Shown here in pieces: positions 17,346-25,900 of a stretch of 64,000 bases of DNA; within the stretch, counting starts at the first letter, position 1, and the number at the start of each line of letters is the position of its first letter. The notes below the pieces were generated by a model that worked only from the letters and a program-made list of their open reading frames with translations, had not been told where the DNA came from and did not search any database. The stretch is taken from the NCBI GenBank assembly GCA_017302795.1, contig JAFLCB010000003.1, forward strand, positions 26,650-90,649, written 5' to 3'. The DNA is from Deltaproteobacteria bacterium. GTDB taxonomy: Bacteria; Bdellovibrionota; Bdellovibrionia; Bdellovibrionales; JAMPXM01. The translations under genes and the position numbers were made by a program.

Positions 17346-18376
17346 TCGCTGGAAATTTTGGACCGCTTAAGAAAATCGGGCAGATCCTTGCGACTTTGTT
17401 CGGAATTTCATTGGTCGCTTTCTTTTTAATTCGCCTGGTCCCCGGGGATCCGATCACGCTTTTGATCGGTGAACGGGGCGCCTCGCCCGAGGCCATCGCG
17501 GATTTAAAAGCGCGCGTAGGGCTCGATCGATCTCTACCTGAGCAATACTTCAAATTTGTTTTCAATGCGATTCGCGGGGACCTCGGAACTTCAATTCTTT
17601 CCGGTCGCGACGTATTTTCCGAGTTCAAAGAGCGCTTTGCGGCGACCTCGGAACTTGGGTTGCTAGCACTTTTCCTCGCGAGTGCAGTGGGAATCCCGCT
17701 CGGTATTTTCGCGGCATTAACCCGCGGACGTTGGTTTGACCGGGTTTCCATGGGCGCGGCCGTGGCCTTTTATTCGATGCCCATATTTTGGTGGGGCCTC
17801 ATGGCTATTGTCATCTTCAGCGTGAAGCTTCAATGGTTACCTGTCTCGGGAAGAATCGGCGTCGAACATGACGTCCCGCTTTGGTCTGGAATTTTGATTT
17901 TTGACTCTTGGCTGGCACCCGGAAGTTTCATGGAACGTTTCGCCGCATTTCGAAGCGCCGTGCACCATCTGCTTCTACCAGCACTCGTATTATCGACGGT
18001 TCCCTTAGCAGTGATTGCGCGAATGACTCGTTCAAGTCTCTTGGAAGTTTTAGGCGAGGACTATGTTCGTACAGCCCGCGCGAAAGGCCTGTCTCGCTTT
18101 CGAGTGGTCGTTATCCATGCATTGCGAAATGCATTGATTCCCGTGATTACAGTCATCGGCTTAATGCTAGGAACAATTTTGACAGGTGCGATCTTAACGG
18201 AAACGATTTTTTCGTGGCCCGGTCTTGGGCGTTGGTTAGTCTCGGCAGTTCTTTCGCGCGACTATCCAGTCATTCAAGGTGGAATTCTGCTAGTTGCCAT
18301 AGTCGTGTTATCGACGAGTTTGTTTGTCGACGTACTTTACTATTTTATTTCTCCGCGGTCGCGAGGTGCTAAGTAA
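17342..18376 (+). CDS. ABC transporter permease (DppB/OppB-like)
   Basis: 344 aa, multi-TM, with the binding-protein-dependent transport EAA-type loop ...EDYVRTARAKGLSRFRVVVIHALRNALIPV. ATGA overlap with the upstream stop. Confidence 0.9.
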   Translation: MIAGNFGPLKKIGQILATLFGISLVAFFLIRLVPGDPITLLIGERGASPEAIADLKARVGLDRSLPEQYFKFVFNAIRGDLGTSILSGRDVFSEFKERFAATSELGLLALFLASAVGIPLGIFAALTRGRWFDRVSMGAAVAFYSMPIFWWGLMAIVIFSVKLQWLPVSGRIGVEHDVPLWSGILIFDSWLAPGSFMERFAAFRSAVHHLLLPALVLSTVPLAVIARMTRSSLLEVLGEDYVRTARAKGLSRFRVVVIHALRNALIPVITVIGLMLGTILTGAILTETIFSWPGLGRWLVSAVLSRDYPVIQGGILLVAIVVLSTSLFVDVLYYFISPRSRGAK

Positions 18377-19225
18377 ATGCCTAAATTACCTCGAAACGAA
18401 CCGCTGACGCTCTTAGCACTTGCGATTCTTGTAACCGCGGCAATTGCTGGTCTCTTCGCAGATTTGGTTTCTCCCTACAGTCCGACACAGACCTTTGAAG
18501 GTGCCTATTCCTTACCGCCGTTTTTCTTAGACGGCGCAGATCCAAGATTTTTTCTTGGCACGGACGATGTCGGTCGAGATTTGTTCTCACGACTTCTTCA
18601 CGGTGCGCGAGTCTCTTTGCTATCGGGGCTTTCTGTTTCGGCAATGAGTCTCGTTGTCGGTGTGATTTTGGGCGCGATCGCAGGATGGCGCGGTGGCTGG
18701 ATCGAGGCGTTGATACTTCGAGTGATGGACACGATGATGGCGCTACCGAGTATTCTGTTGGCAATCGTAATCGTGACGATTTTAGGTCCAAGTTTAACAA
18801 ATGCCATTCTTGCTGCAGCGATCACCGCAGTGCCTTCAGTGGTGAGAATTGTTCGCGCTGCGATCCGCGAGGAAAAGGCAAAGCCCTATGCGCTATCGGC
18901 TAAACTTTATGGCGCCGGCGGTTTAAGAATCGTTTCGATCGAGTTGATGCCCAATGCGATGGCGCCGATCTCGGTTCAAGCAACACTTGGCTTTGGCGAT
19001 GGAATTTTAAACGTCGCAGCCCTTGGTTTCTTGGGGCTAGGCGCACGTCCACCAATGGCAGAATGGGGAACAATGCTCGCAGACTCCCGGGCCTATGTCG
19101 AAAGTCAGCCGTGGCTTGTAACGGCACCGGGTGTTTGTATTTTGTTAGTGATTTTGTCCTTTAATTTACTTGGTGACCATCTTCGCGATCGGTTTGATCC
19201 TAAACTTCGCGAACGGAAGACCTAA
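18377..19225 (+). CDS. ABC transporter permease (DppC/OppC-like)
   Basis: 282 aa, multi-TM, with ...REEKAKPYALSAKLYGAGGLRIVSIELMPNAMAPI. It starts directly after the upstream TAA. Confidence 0.9.
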   Translation: MPKLPRNEPLTLLALAILVTAAIAGLFADLVSPYSPTQTFEGAYSLPPFFLDGADPRFFLGTDDVGRDLFSRLLHGARVSLLSGLSVSAMSLVVGVILGAIAGWRGGWIEALILRVMDTMMALPSILLAIVIVTILGPSLTNAILAAAITAVPSVVRIVRAAIREEKAKPYALSAKLYGAGGLRIVSIELMPNAMAPISVQATLGFGDGILNVAALGFLGLGARPPMAEWGTMLADSRAYVESQPWLVTAPGVCILLVILSFNLLGDHLRDRFDPKLRERKT

Positions 19226-20232
19226 TGACATTTCAAGCCACACCTCCGCCGAGAATTTCATCGACGCTTCTTGAAGTTCGCGATCTATCGCTGTCGATAG
19301 GTGATGCCCATCCGCTTCGTGATGTCCGATTAAAACTCGCAAAAGGGCGGTCGCTTGGAATCGTCGGCGAGTCTGGATCCGGTAAGTCTCTTACGTCACT
19401 TTCCATCATGGGTCTGCAACCCGACCGTGCGCGTTTGAATGGGAAAATCTTTTGGAAGGGTCAGGATCTTTTGCAACTCGACCCCGCCCAGCGAGCGGCC
19501 CTTCGTGGCAAAGAAATCGCAATGATTTTTCAAGATCCAATGTCTAGTCTCAATCCCTCTTACACCGTTGGTTTTCAGATCGAAGAGGTTCTTCGATTGC
19601 GATTGGGAATTCGGAACTCTGTCGATCGGCTAAAGCGGGGACTTTCTTTGCTGCGCGAAGTTGGCATCCCGGCGCCAGAAGAGCGTTGGAGTGCCTACCC
19701 CCATCAACTTTCAGGTGGTATGAGCCAACGTGTTTGCATCGCGATGGCATTAGCCGGCGAGCCCGAATTGTTGATTGCTGACGAACCTACGACGGCACTC
19801 GATGTCACTGTCCAGCAGCAAATTCTTGTTTTGTTGCGTAGCCTCATGAAAGAGCGCGGGATGTCGTTGATTTTTGTCACCCATGATCTCGCCGTTGCGA
19901 TGAAGGTCTGCGACGATATTTCAGTATGTTATGCAGGCGAAACGGTGGAGACTGACTCTGCCCAACGGATTTTACAAAGTCCGAGACACCCATATACCGC
20001 TGCTCTTTTGCGTTCGCGACCAGGTTTTGGGCAAAATGTCAGAACGCGCTTAGCGTCGATCGGTGGGGCTGTGCCTCAATCGACAGCGAAAATTGTCGGT
20101 TGCAGTTTCGCTGAAAGGTGCGAGAAAGTCTCGGCATCATGTCGGTTGCAGAAGCCGCTCGCGTATGAAGATTCGTTGAGCTTTGTCCGATGTATTTTGT
20201 ATGATCAGACCAAACCAGGAGTAGAACCATGA
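19225..20232 (+). CDS. ABC transporter ATP-binding protein (DppD/OppD-like)
   Basis: Walker A GESGSGKS, signature LSGGMSQR, Walker B LLIADEPTTALD, and a C-terminal oligopeptide-type extension with Cys residues. TAATG overlap with the upstream gene. Confidence 0.92.
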   Translation: MTFQATPPPRISSTLLEVRDLSLSIGDAHPLRDVRLKLAKGRSLGIVGESGSGKSLTSLSIMGLQPDRARLNGKIFWKGQDLLQLDPAQRAALRGKEIAMIFQDPMSSLNPSYTVGFQIEEVLRLRLGIRNSVDRLKRGLSLLREVGIPAPEERWSAYPHQLSGGMSQRVCIAMALAGEPELLIADEPTTALDVTVQQQILVLLRSLMKERGMSLIFVTHDLAVAMKVCDDISVCYAGETVETDSAQRILQSPRHPYTAALLRSRPGFGQNVRTRLASIGGAVPQSTAKIVGCSFAERCEKVSASCRLQKPLAYEDSLSFVRCILYDQTKPGVEP

Positions 20233-20726
20233 TGAATACTTTGAAACCACTTTCTTTTAGAAATTCACGACAAACGATGCGCCTGGTATTCGGCGGTGCC
20301 GTCGCACTTTTTATGCTTTTGATCGGACTTACTGTTCAGGCCGAGCCTAAAGCGAGCTCTGCTAAAGTCACAGCGACCGAAGTAAAAAAAGAAACTGTGG
20401 AAGCGGTCGAAGCTGCGGGCGCCTATGCAGACGAAAAAAAAGAAGAGTTCACCAAGCGCATGAAATCCAACATCGACGAACTTGATCGCGAAATGGATGA
20501 CTTAAAAAAGGAAACTGAAACTGCTTCGAAAGAGGCGAAGGCCACGGCTAACAAGCGCATCGTTGAAATTCAAAAGAAGCGAGATGCGTTGGTGAAAAAA
20601 TATGAAGCAGTCGAGAAGTCTTCTGAAAAGGCTTGGAAAAAAATGAAAACAGGTCTCGAAAAGGCCTGGGGCGAAGTGAAGACGGCTTATTCCGAAGCGA
20701 AGACCGAGTTGAAATCGAGCAAGTGA
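20229..20726 (+). CDS. small secreted Lys/Glu-rich helical protein, unknown function
   Basis: 165-aa ORF. The signal/anchor MRLVFGGAVALFMLLIGLTVQA is followed by K/E/A-rich amphipathic sequence. ATGA overlap with the upstream ATPase stop and GTGA overlap with the downstream ATPase start. Confidence 0.65.
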   Translation: MMNTLKPLSFRNSRQTMRLVFGGAVALFMLLIGLTVQAEPKASSAKVTATEVKKETVEAVEAAGAYADEKKEEFTKRMKSNIDELDREMDDLKKETETASKEAKATANKRIVEIQKKRDALVKKYEAVEKSSEKAWKKMKTGLEKAWGEVKTAYSEAKTELKSSK

Positions 20727-21736
20727 AGGGCGATATTCTTCTAACGGCACGAAACCTGACAAAGTCCTACGATGTTGGCGGCCGTCCATTTTCAACGGAT
20801 CGACGTGTCGTTCGCGCTGTGCGGGGCATTTCGTTAGAAGTGCGCACAGCAGAGACAGTGGCGATTGTCGGAGAAAGTGGTTGCGGCAAGTCCACCCTCG
20901 CAAGACTGTTAGTCGGGCTGGAGCAGGCCGACACCGGCGAAATCGTGGTAAGCGCTTCGCACGAATGCCATCGAATTCCGATGGTTTTCCAGGATTCATT
21001 GGGCTCGCTTCATCCTCGACGAAATGTCAGAAATCTTGTCGTCGAACCGCTGTTAATTGCCCAAAAGCGAGTTCGCTTAACCCCGGAATTGCGGACTCGG
21101 GCATCGAATCTAGCGGCCTCTGTTGGCCTTTCTGAAGACCAATTGGATCGTCTGCCGCATGAGCTTTCTGGGGGGCAGCGTCAACGCGTTAACATTGCTC
21201 GTGCCCTAGCTTCCGAGTCTAAGATTGTGCTTTTGGACGAGCCCCTGTCCGCACTCGATGTTTCGATTCAAGCTCAAATATTGAACCTCTTAATGGACCT
21301 GCAAGAGTCCCAAGGCCTCGCGATTATTTTTATTTCGCACGATCTTGCAGTAGTTCGACATTTTGCTCATCGAACGCTTGTATTGTACATGGGCGAAGTC
21401 GTCGAGAGCGGTCCGACCGAAACAGTATTGCGGGATCCTTGGCATCCCTATACCCGAGCTCTTTTGGCGGCCGACCCGTCGCATAGTGTGCAGGAATACT
21501 TACCTAATGATTCTCTGGCTGCGGCGACGCCCCTAGCGCTACCGGTTTTGGCAGAGCCGCCTTCGCCTTTCGAGCAGTTCGCGGGCTGCCCGTACGCCGC
21601 GAGATGCTCGATGGCGGAAAAAGCCTGCCGATTAGAAATACCCAGACTTGAAGCCTTTCAAAGTCGGGCCATTGCTTGTCTCCCGAGGTCCCGAGAACTA
21701 AAATCTCAGCATGGAATCAGTCCGACTATATCTTGA
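20723..21736 (+). CDS. ABC transporter ATP-binding protein (DppF/OppF-like)
   Basis: Walker A GESGCGKST, signature LSGGQRQR, Walker B VLLDEPLSALD. I place the start at GTG 20723 (VKGDILLTARNLTKSY), which overlaps the preceding TGA. The ORF-track ATG 20633 would add a low-complexity out-of-frame read of the upstream gene. Confidence 0.88.
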   Translation: MKGDILLTARNLTKSYDVGGRPFSTDRRVVRAVRGISLEVRTAETVAIVGESGCGKSTLARLLVGLEQADTGEIVVSASHECHRIPMVFQDSLGSLHPRRNVRNLVVEPLLIAQKRVRLTPELRTRASNLAASVGLSEDQLDRLPHELSGGQRQRVNIARALASESKIVLLDEPLSALDVSIQAQILNLLMDLQESQGLAIIFISHDLAVVRHFAHRTLVLYMGEVVESGPTETVLRDPWHPYTRALLAADPSHSVQEYLPNDSLAAATPLALPVLAEPPSPFEQFAGCPYAARCSMAEKACRLEIPRLEAFQSRAIACLPRSRELKSQHGISPTIS

Positions 21737-22769
21737 CCGTCTACCGCGTAAGAAGATCGATAAATCGTTCTACCGACAGGTCGAGCCGAATCAAACAATT
21801 GTCATCTATGATCGCCGGCTTCCCGAACATGTTCCCGGATTTAGCCAGTGGCTTCTTCAATTTCCTTACGTCTTTGCCGTTCGGTCAGGAGAGTCGCTAA
21901 AGTCCGTCGAAGCATTCAATGGTTTTCTTTCTAAAGTGCATCGCAAAGTAGGTGGGCATGCAAACCCAAGTTGGACAGTTCTCGCCATTGGCGGAGGATC
22001 CGTTGGAGATTTCGCCGGATTTTTTGCCTCCGTTTACAAGCGCGGCTTGAAACTTGTGCATTTACCAACGACGTGGCTTGCGGCTCTGGATTCCAGCCAC
22101 GGCGGAAAAACCGGGCTTAACTTTCAAGGGGCAAAAAATCAAATTGGTACTTTCTATCCGGCTGACGCAACCGTCATGGTTCGTTCCGTATTGATGGCCT
22201 TGCCGCAAAAGCATTTGCTAGACGCCCTCGGCGAACTACTTAAAATCGCGATCATCGATGGCAGCCCATGGGTAAAAAAAATGCGCTTAGACCGCGGTTC
22301 AGCTTCGGCGCTAGCTCGTGAAGTTTGGAAATTTCTAAAGCCCGCCGTCGAAGCCAAATTGAAAGTTGTGAGGCGAGATCCGCTAGAAAAAACCGGCGAA
22401 CGTCACCGCCTGAATCTCGGTCATACCTTCGGTCACGTCATTGAAGGAGCAACTGGCACTTCTCACGGAATCAGTGTTTGGCTGGGACTCCAGTTTGCGA
22501 TTGAGCTAAGTCTAGAAGAAGGCATTCTAAATCCAAAGCGCGGAGCTGAGCTTCTTACGTGGCTTGCGAAACAAAGTGCTATGGGATTGGTGCAAAGACC
22601 GCGGCTGAAAAGGCAAACTGCTAGAAGGTTAATTAAGACGGACAAGAAACGAACTGGTTCCGATAAAGTTCGATTTGTCTTCGTGAAAGGGCTGGGACAA
22701 ACCGAAGTGCGGGAAATTTCGATCGAAAGATTACTGTTGGCGGCCAAAGAAAATGGATGGTTTCGATGA
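21711..22769 (+). CDS. aroB: 3-dehydroquinate synthase
   Basis: GGGSVGDFAGFFASVYKRGLKLVHLPTTWLAALDSSHGGKTGLNF and LNLGHTFGH motifs. The 5' end overlaps the ATPase gene by 26 nt, and the 3' end overlaps the next ORF. Confidence 0.9.
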   Translation: MESVRLYLDRLPRKKIDKSFYRQVEPNQTIVIYDRRLPEHVPGFSQWLLQFPYVFAVRSGESLKSVEAFNGFLSKVHRKVGGHANPSWTVLAIGGGSVGDFAGFFASVYKRGLKLVHLPTTWLAALDSSHGGKTGLNFQGAKNQIGTFYPADATVMVRSVLMALPQKHLLDALGELLKIAIIDGSPWVKKMRLDRGSASALAREVWKFLKPAVEAKLKVVRRDPLEKTGERHRLNLGHTFGHVIEGATGTSHGISVWLGLQFAIELSLEEGILNPKRGAELLTWLAKQSAMGLVQRPRLKRQTARRLIKTDKKRTGSDKVRFVFVKGLGQTEVREISIERLLLAAKENGWFR

Positions 22770-25700
22770 TTCGTGTGCAGCGGCCGTTTTATTTTAGGGG
22801 CCGTATTCCACTTTCAAAATCGTGGCTTAATCGTGCCCTCATTTTAAAATCGATCCACAATCAAATTCGAATACTCGATTGGGAGCCGTCCGAACTTGAT
22901 GGCGAAGACGTTCTAGCACTGGATCACGCACTGAAAGATCTGGCGGCAGGAAAGACGGATTTCTTTATCGCCGAGAGTGGAACTGGCTTACGTTTTCTAT
23001 TGGCCAGACTATCGATTTTAAACGGTCAATTCAGTGTACGCGGAACGGAAAAGCTTTTATCTCGACCGCTCGACGAGCTCGTCCGCATCCTCGACCTTCT
23101 TGGCTGTAAAATTGAAAAGAAGTCATCGACCGAACTTTCGGTTTCAGCATCAGGATGGCCAGACAAGGCCCTTTCATTGAAAGTCGCAAGTGGTGAAACC
23201 AGTCAATTTTTATCCGCACTTTTGCTAGCGGCATCGCACCGAAGTCCCGGTCAAGGCGTTGAGCCGATTGAAATACTAGAACCAGAAGACCCCGTTTCTG
23301 CCGGCTATATTGAAATGACAAAAGACCTCGTCGATCAAGTTGCAGTGAAAGGCCGACGGGTGCTGGTGCCGGAGGTGGATGCAAGTTCAGCGGCGACGCT
23401 TGGTGCACTTGTCATCGCTGGAAATCGTGCAGAAAATATAGATTTTGTTCGAACCGAACTAGGCTTTTTTAAGGATCAGGTTGAAAAAACAAAACAGCCC
23501 GATCGAGTTTTTTTCGAGTTCGTACGGGATTTTCTCACCTCTGATTCAAGACGTGAGTTTAATTTGAAGTCTGCGCCAGATTTATTTCCAATTATGTCGG
23601 CGCTTGGTGCGCTCCAACCGAACGGGGTTCGCTTGGCGGGGGCCCCTCACCTTCGACTCAAAGAGTCCGATCGAATTTCAGAAATTGTAAAGCTCCTTCG
23701 TTTGATTGGAATTTCCGTCGAAGAATATCCTGACGGAATTGAAACAAAGTCGGTTTCTGCCGAGTTGCGATCTGAGTGGCGTCGCAGAACCGAGCTAGCG
23801 TTTCCCTACATATATCAACCGCCGGCTGACCATCGACTGGCATTCGCGGCGACAGTGCTTTCTGCGGCCGGCGTCCCGATAGAACTTGTCGGCCGAGGAA
23901 TGGTTGCGAAAAGCTTTCCGACATTCTGGTCGATCGTAGAAGGTGATGGGCCTAAAGTGGCGCTTCTTGGACATCGTGGAACAGGAAAGACAGAAGCCTC
24001 TCGTCGGTGGGCACACTTGTTGGGTGCGCGAGCAACAGCAGTCGATCTTGATCGCGAGATTGAAAGGCTATGCGGTCGCTCGGTGCGGGAGCTTTTCGAA
24101 AAAGATGGCGAAGGTGAGTTTCGATTCTATGAAAAAAAAGCGTTTGGCGAAATGGACGAAGAGAGTCGACGCCGAGTTGGCGCCTTTCTGGTCGCCTGCG
24201 GAGCTGGTTTTGACGCTTCACGGATCGATCAATCCTGGCAGAAAATTTGGTTGCGCCGAGCGACCGATGAGGATGGGCGAGTGTTTTTTGGTCGCCCGCG
24301 ACTAGATCCCGATATTTCCCCTATAGAAGAATCGAAAAAAAGGTACTTCGAGCGCACGGCGAAATATGCGTTGGCTTCCAATCGGATTTTCGATCTTGCA
24401 GAAGGCGATGGTGATCCGTCCGAGCAGTTCTGGGTTCGTGACTTGTTTGATGAAGATTCTCTCTCGGGCCTCGGCGGAACAATTTCTTTAATTCCAGAAA
24501 TGCATTTGGGATCAGCTATGGAGCGCTATTTGCGCTGGGGCGTCGCGAGAATGGAAGTTCGCGACGATTTTTTCCCACACGATCAGTTCGGACTTGTCTG
24601 GGCCAGGATCAATGAATTGGTTAAGGATCTGCCTACGAATCGAATAATCGTAAGCTTCAGAAATCCGTTAGAAACCGATCGGACAATAACGTTTCTCGAA
24701 GGCGTCATTCAGCAAGAAGGTTTCGGCGGGATCACAGTCGATTGGCCATTCGAAATCACAAAAGAACTTCCGGCGCGTTTGAAATCGATAATTCGCCATC
24801 CCAAGGTAGACTTTATCGCTAGCTGGCACGGGGACTTCGGAAATCTTGAATTGGATAAGTTTATCGAACTCGAAAGGTCGCTGTTTAAAGATTTTAGCTT
24901 GGAACAAAGTCGACCGAAAGTCGCGATGAAGCTTGCGGCCACAATCAATAGTTTTGACGAACTTCAAATTCTCCACGCGTGGGTGCGCCAGTCCACCGGC
25001 TCCAGAGTGCTGTTGCCAATGTCGAAATCTGGAAGTCGTGCACGTTGGTCGTGGTACCGACTTCTTAGAGGTTCAAGAGTCCCAATGGGCCTCTCGTTTT
25101 GGCGCGATGGGAATGGAACTTCAGTGGATCAACCAACTTTTTCTCAATGGTGGCGTCGCGAACGCTTTGCAGATGTTAATCGATTCGCAGCTGTGTTGGG
25201 CGATCCGGTTCATCATTCACGTACTCCGCTCGAGCACGACTCATTTTTCACTTCGCTCGGTATGCCAGTTTTCGCTATTCAAATTTCAAGAGAGGAAGCA
25301 GAAACGGCGCTCCCTTTTCTTGCGGATCTAGGCCTTGTGGCAGCTGCAGTGACGTCGCCATTGAAGGAATTGGTATGTAAACACCTAAATGTTTCTATGA
25401 CAGTATGCGCTTCCGGCACCGCCGCCAATAATGTCTCTGGTAATGCGGTCAACACTTTGGTTCGTAGCGAAAGCGGCTGGTTAGCGACAGCGACCGATGA
25501 ACCGGGCTTTCGAGCATTATGGACCGAAGCAAAACAGTCTTTTTCGCAAATTAACTTTTCGAGTTCTACAGTTCTATGGGGCGGTGGCGGAATAAAGCAG
25601 TCCGTTTTAAATGTCGTTCCACATGCGATTCCGATTCGCGCTTCCCTCGGCCCGGCGGTTAGCGAGGTAGCGATTCAGCCAGAGATTGTCATCTGGGCGT

Positions 25701-25891
25701 CCGGCAAAGATCGCGGCGAATGGCACTCCTCGTGGAAACCAAAGTTAGTTTTGGATTTGTCCTACACAGATGATTCTGCTGCAAGAACGCTGGCGGTTGA
25801 AATCGGCGCCAAGTATATTTCGGGCTTGTCAATGTTTCGTGCCCAGGCGCAAGGGCAGCGGGAATTCTGGAGCTCACGGTTAATTCAGTAA
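22757..25891 (+). CDS. tetrafunctional shikimate-pathway fusion: EPSP synthase / shikimate kinase / type I 3-dehydroquinate dehydratase-like / shikimate dehydrogenase
   Basis: Single 1044-codon ORF. AroA-like region, aa ~1-396 (nt 22757-23944): LNRALIL, ESGTGLRFL, SGETSQFLSALLLAA, KESDRISE, DHRLAFA. AroK-like region, aa ~399-560 (23951-24436): LLGHRGTGKT, DLDREIE. AroD type I-like region, aa ~575-790 (24479-25126): MEVRDD, IVSFRNP, ASWHGDF, AMKLAA, MSKSGSRARWSW. AroE-like region, aa ~808-1044 (25178-25888): LGDPVHHSRTPLEHD, AVTSPLK, TDEPGF, WGGGGIKQS, GLSMFRAQAQGQREFW. An alternative start at ATG 22766 gives an ATGA overlap with aroB. Confidence 0.85.
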   Translation: MVSMIRVQRPFYFRGRIPLSKSWLNRALILKSIHNQIRILDWEPSELDGEDVLALDHALKDLAAGKTDFFIAESGTGLRFLLARLSILNGQFSVRGTEKLLSRPLDELVRILDLLGCKIEKKSSTELSVSASGWPDKALSLKVASGETSQFLSALLLAASHRSPGQGVEPIEILEPEDPVSAGYIEMTKDLVDQVAVKGRRVLVPEVDASSAATLGALVIAGNRAENIDFVRTELGFFKDQVEKTKQPDRVFFEFVRDFLTSDSRREFNLKSAPDLFPIMSALGALQPNGVRLAGAPHLRLKESDRISEIVKLLRLIGISVEEYPDGIETKSVSAELRSEWRRRTELAFPYIYQPPADHRLAFAATVLSAAGVPIELVGRGMVAKSFPTFWSIVEGDGPKVALLGHRGTGKTEASRRWAHLLGARATAVDLDREIERLCGRSVRELFEKDGEGEFRFYEKKAFGEMDEESRRRVGAFLVACGAGFDASRIDQSWQKIWLRRATDEDGRVFFGRPRLDPDISPIEESKKRYFERTAKYALASNRIFDLAEGDGDPSEQFWVRDLFDEDSLSGLGGTISLIPEMHLGSAMERYLRWGVARMEVRDDFFPHDQFGLVWARINELVKDLPTNRIIVSFRNPLETDRTITFLEGVIQQEGFGGITVDWPFEITKELPARLKSIIRHPKVDFIASWHGDFGNLELDKFIELERSLFKDFSLEQSRPKVAMKLAATINSFDELQILHAWVRQSTGSRVLLPMSKSGSRARWSWYRLLRGSRVPMGLSFWRDGNGTSVDQPTFSQWWRRERFADVNRFAAVLGDPVHHSRTPLEHDSFFTSLGMPVFAIQISREEAETALPFLADLGLVAAAVTSPLKELVCKHLNVSMTVCASGTAANNVSGNAVNTLVRSESGWLATATDEPGFRALWTEAKQSFSQINFSSSTVLWGGGGIKQSVLNVVPHAIPIRASLGPAVSEVAIQPEIVIWASGKDRGEWHSSWKPKLVLDLSYTDDSAARTLAVEIGAKYISGLSMFRAQAQGQREFWSSRLIQ

Positions 25892-25900
25892 GGGGAGTAC

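Noticed and set aside
20633-20722. ATG 20633 as the start of the second ABC ATPase, giving a 30-aa N-terminal extension.
   Set aside because: The extension (MEKNENRSRKGLGRSEDGLFRSEDRVEIEQ) is an out-of-frame read of the K/E-rich upstream gene. GTG 20723 gives a normal ATPase N-terminus and a GTGA coupling overlap.
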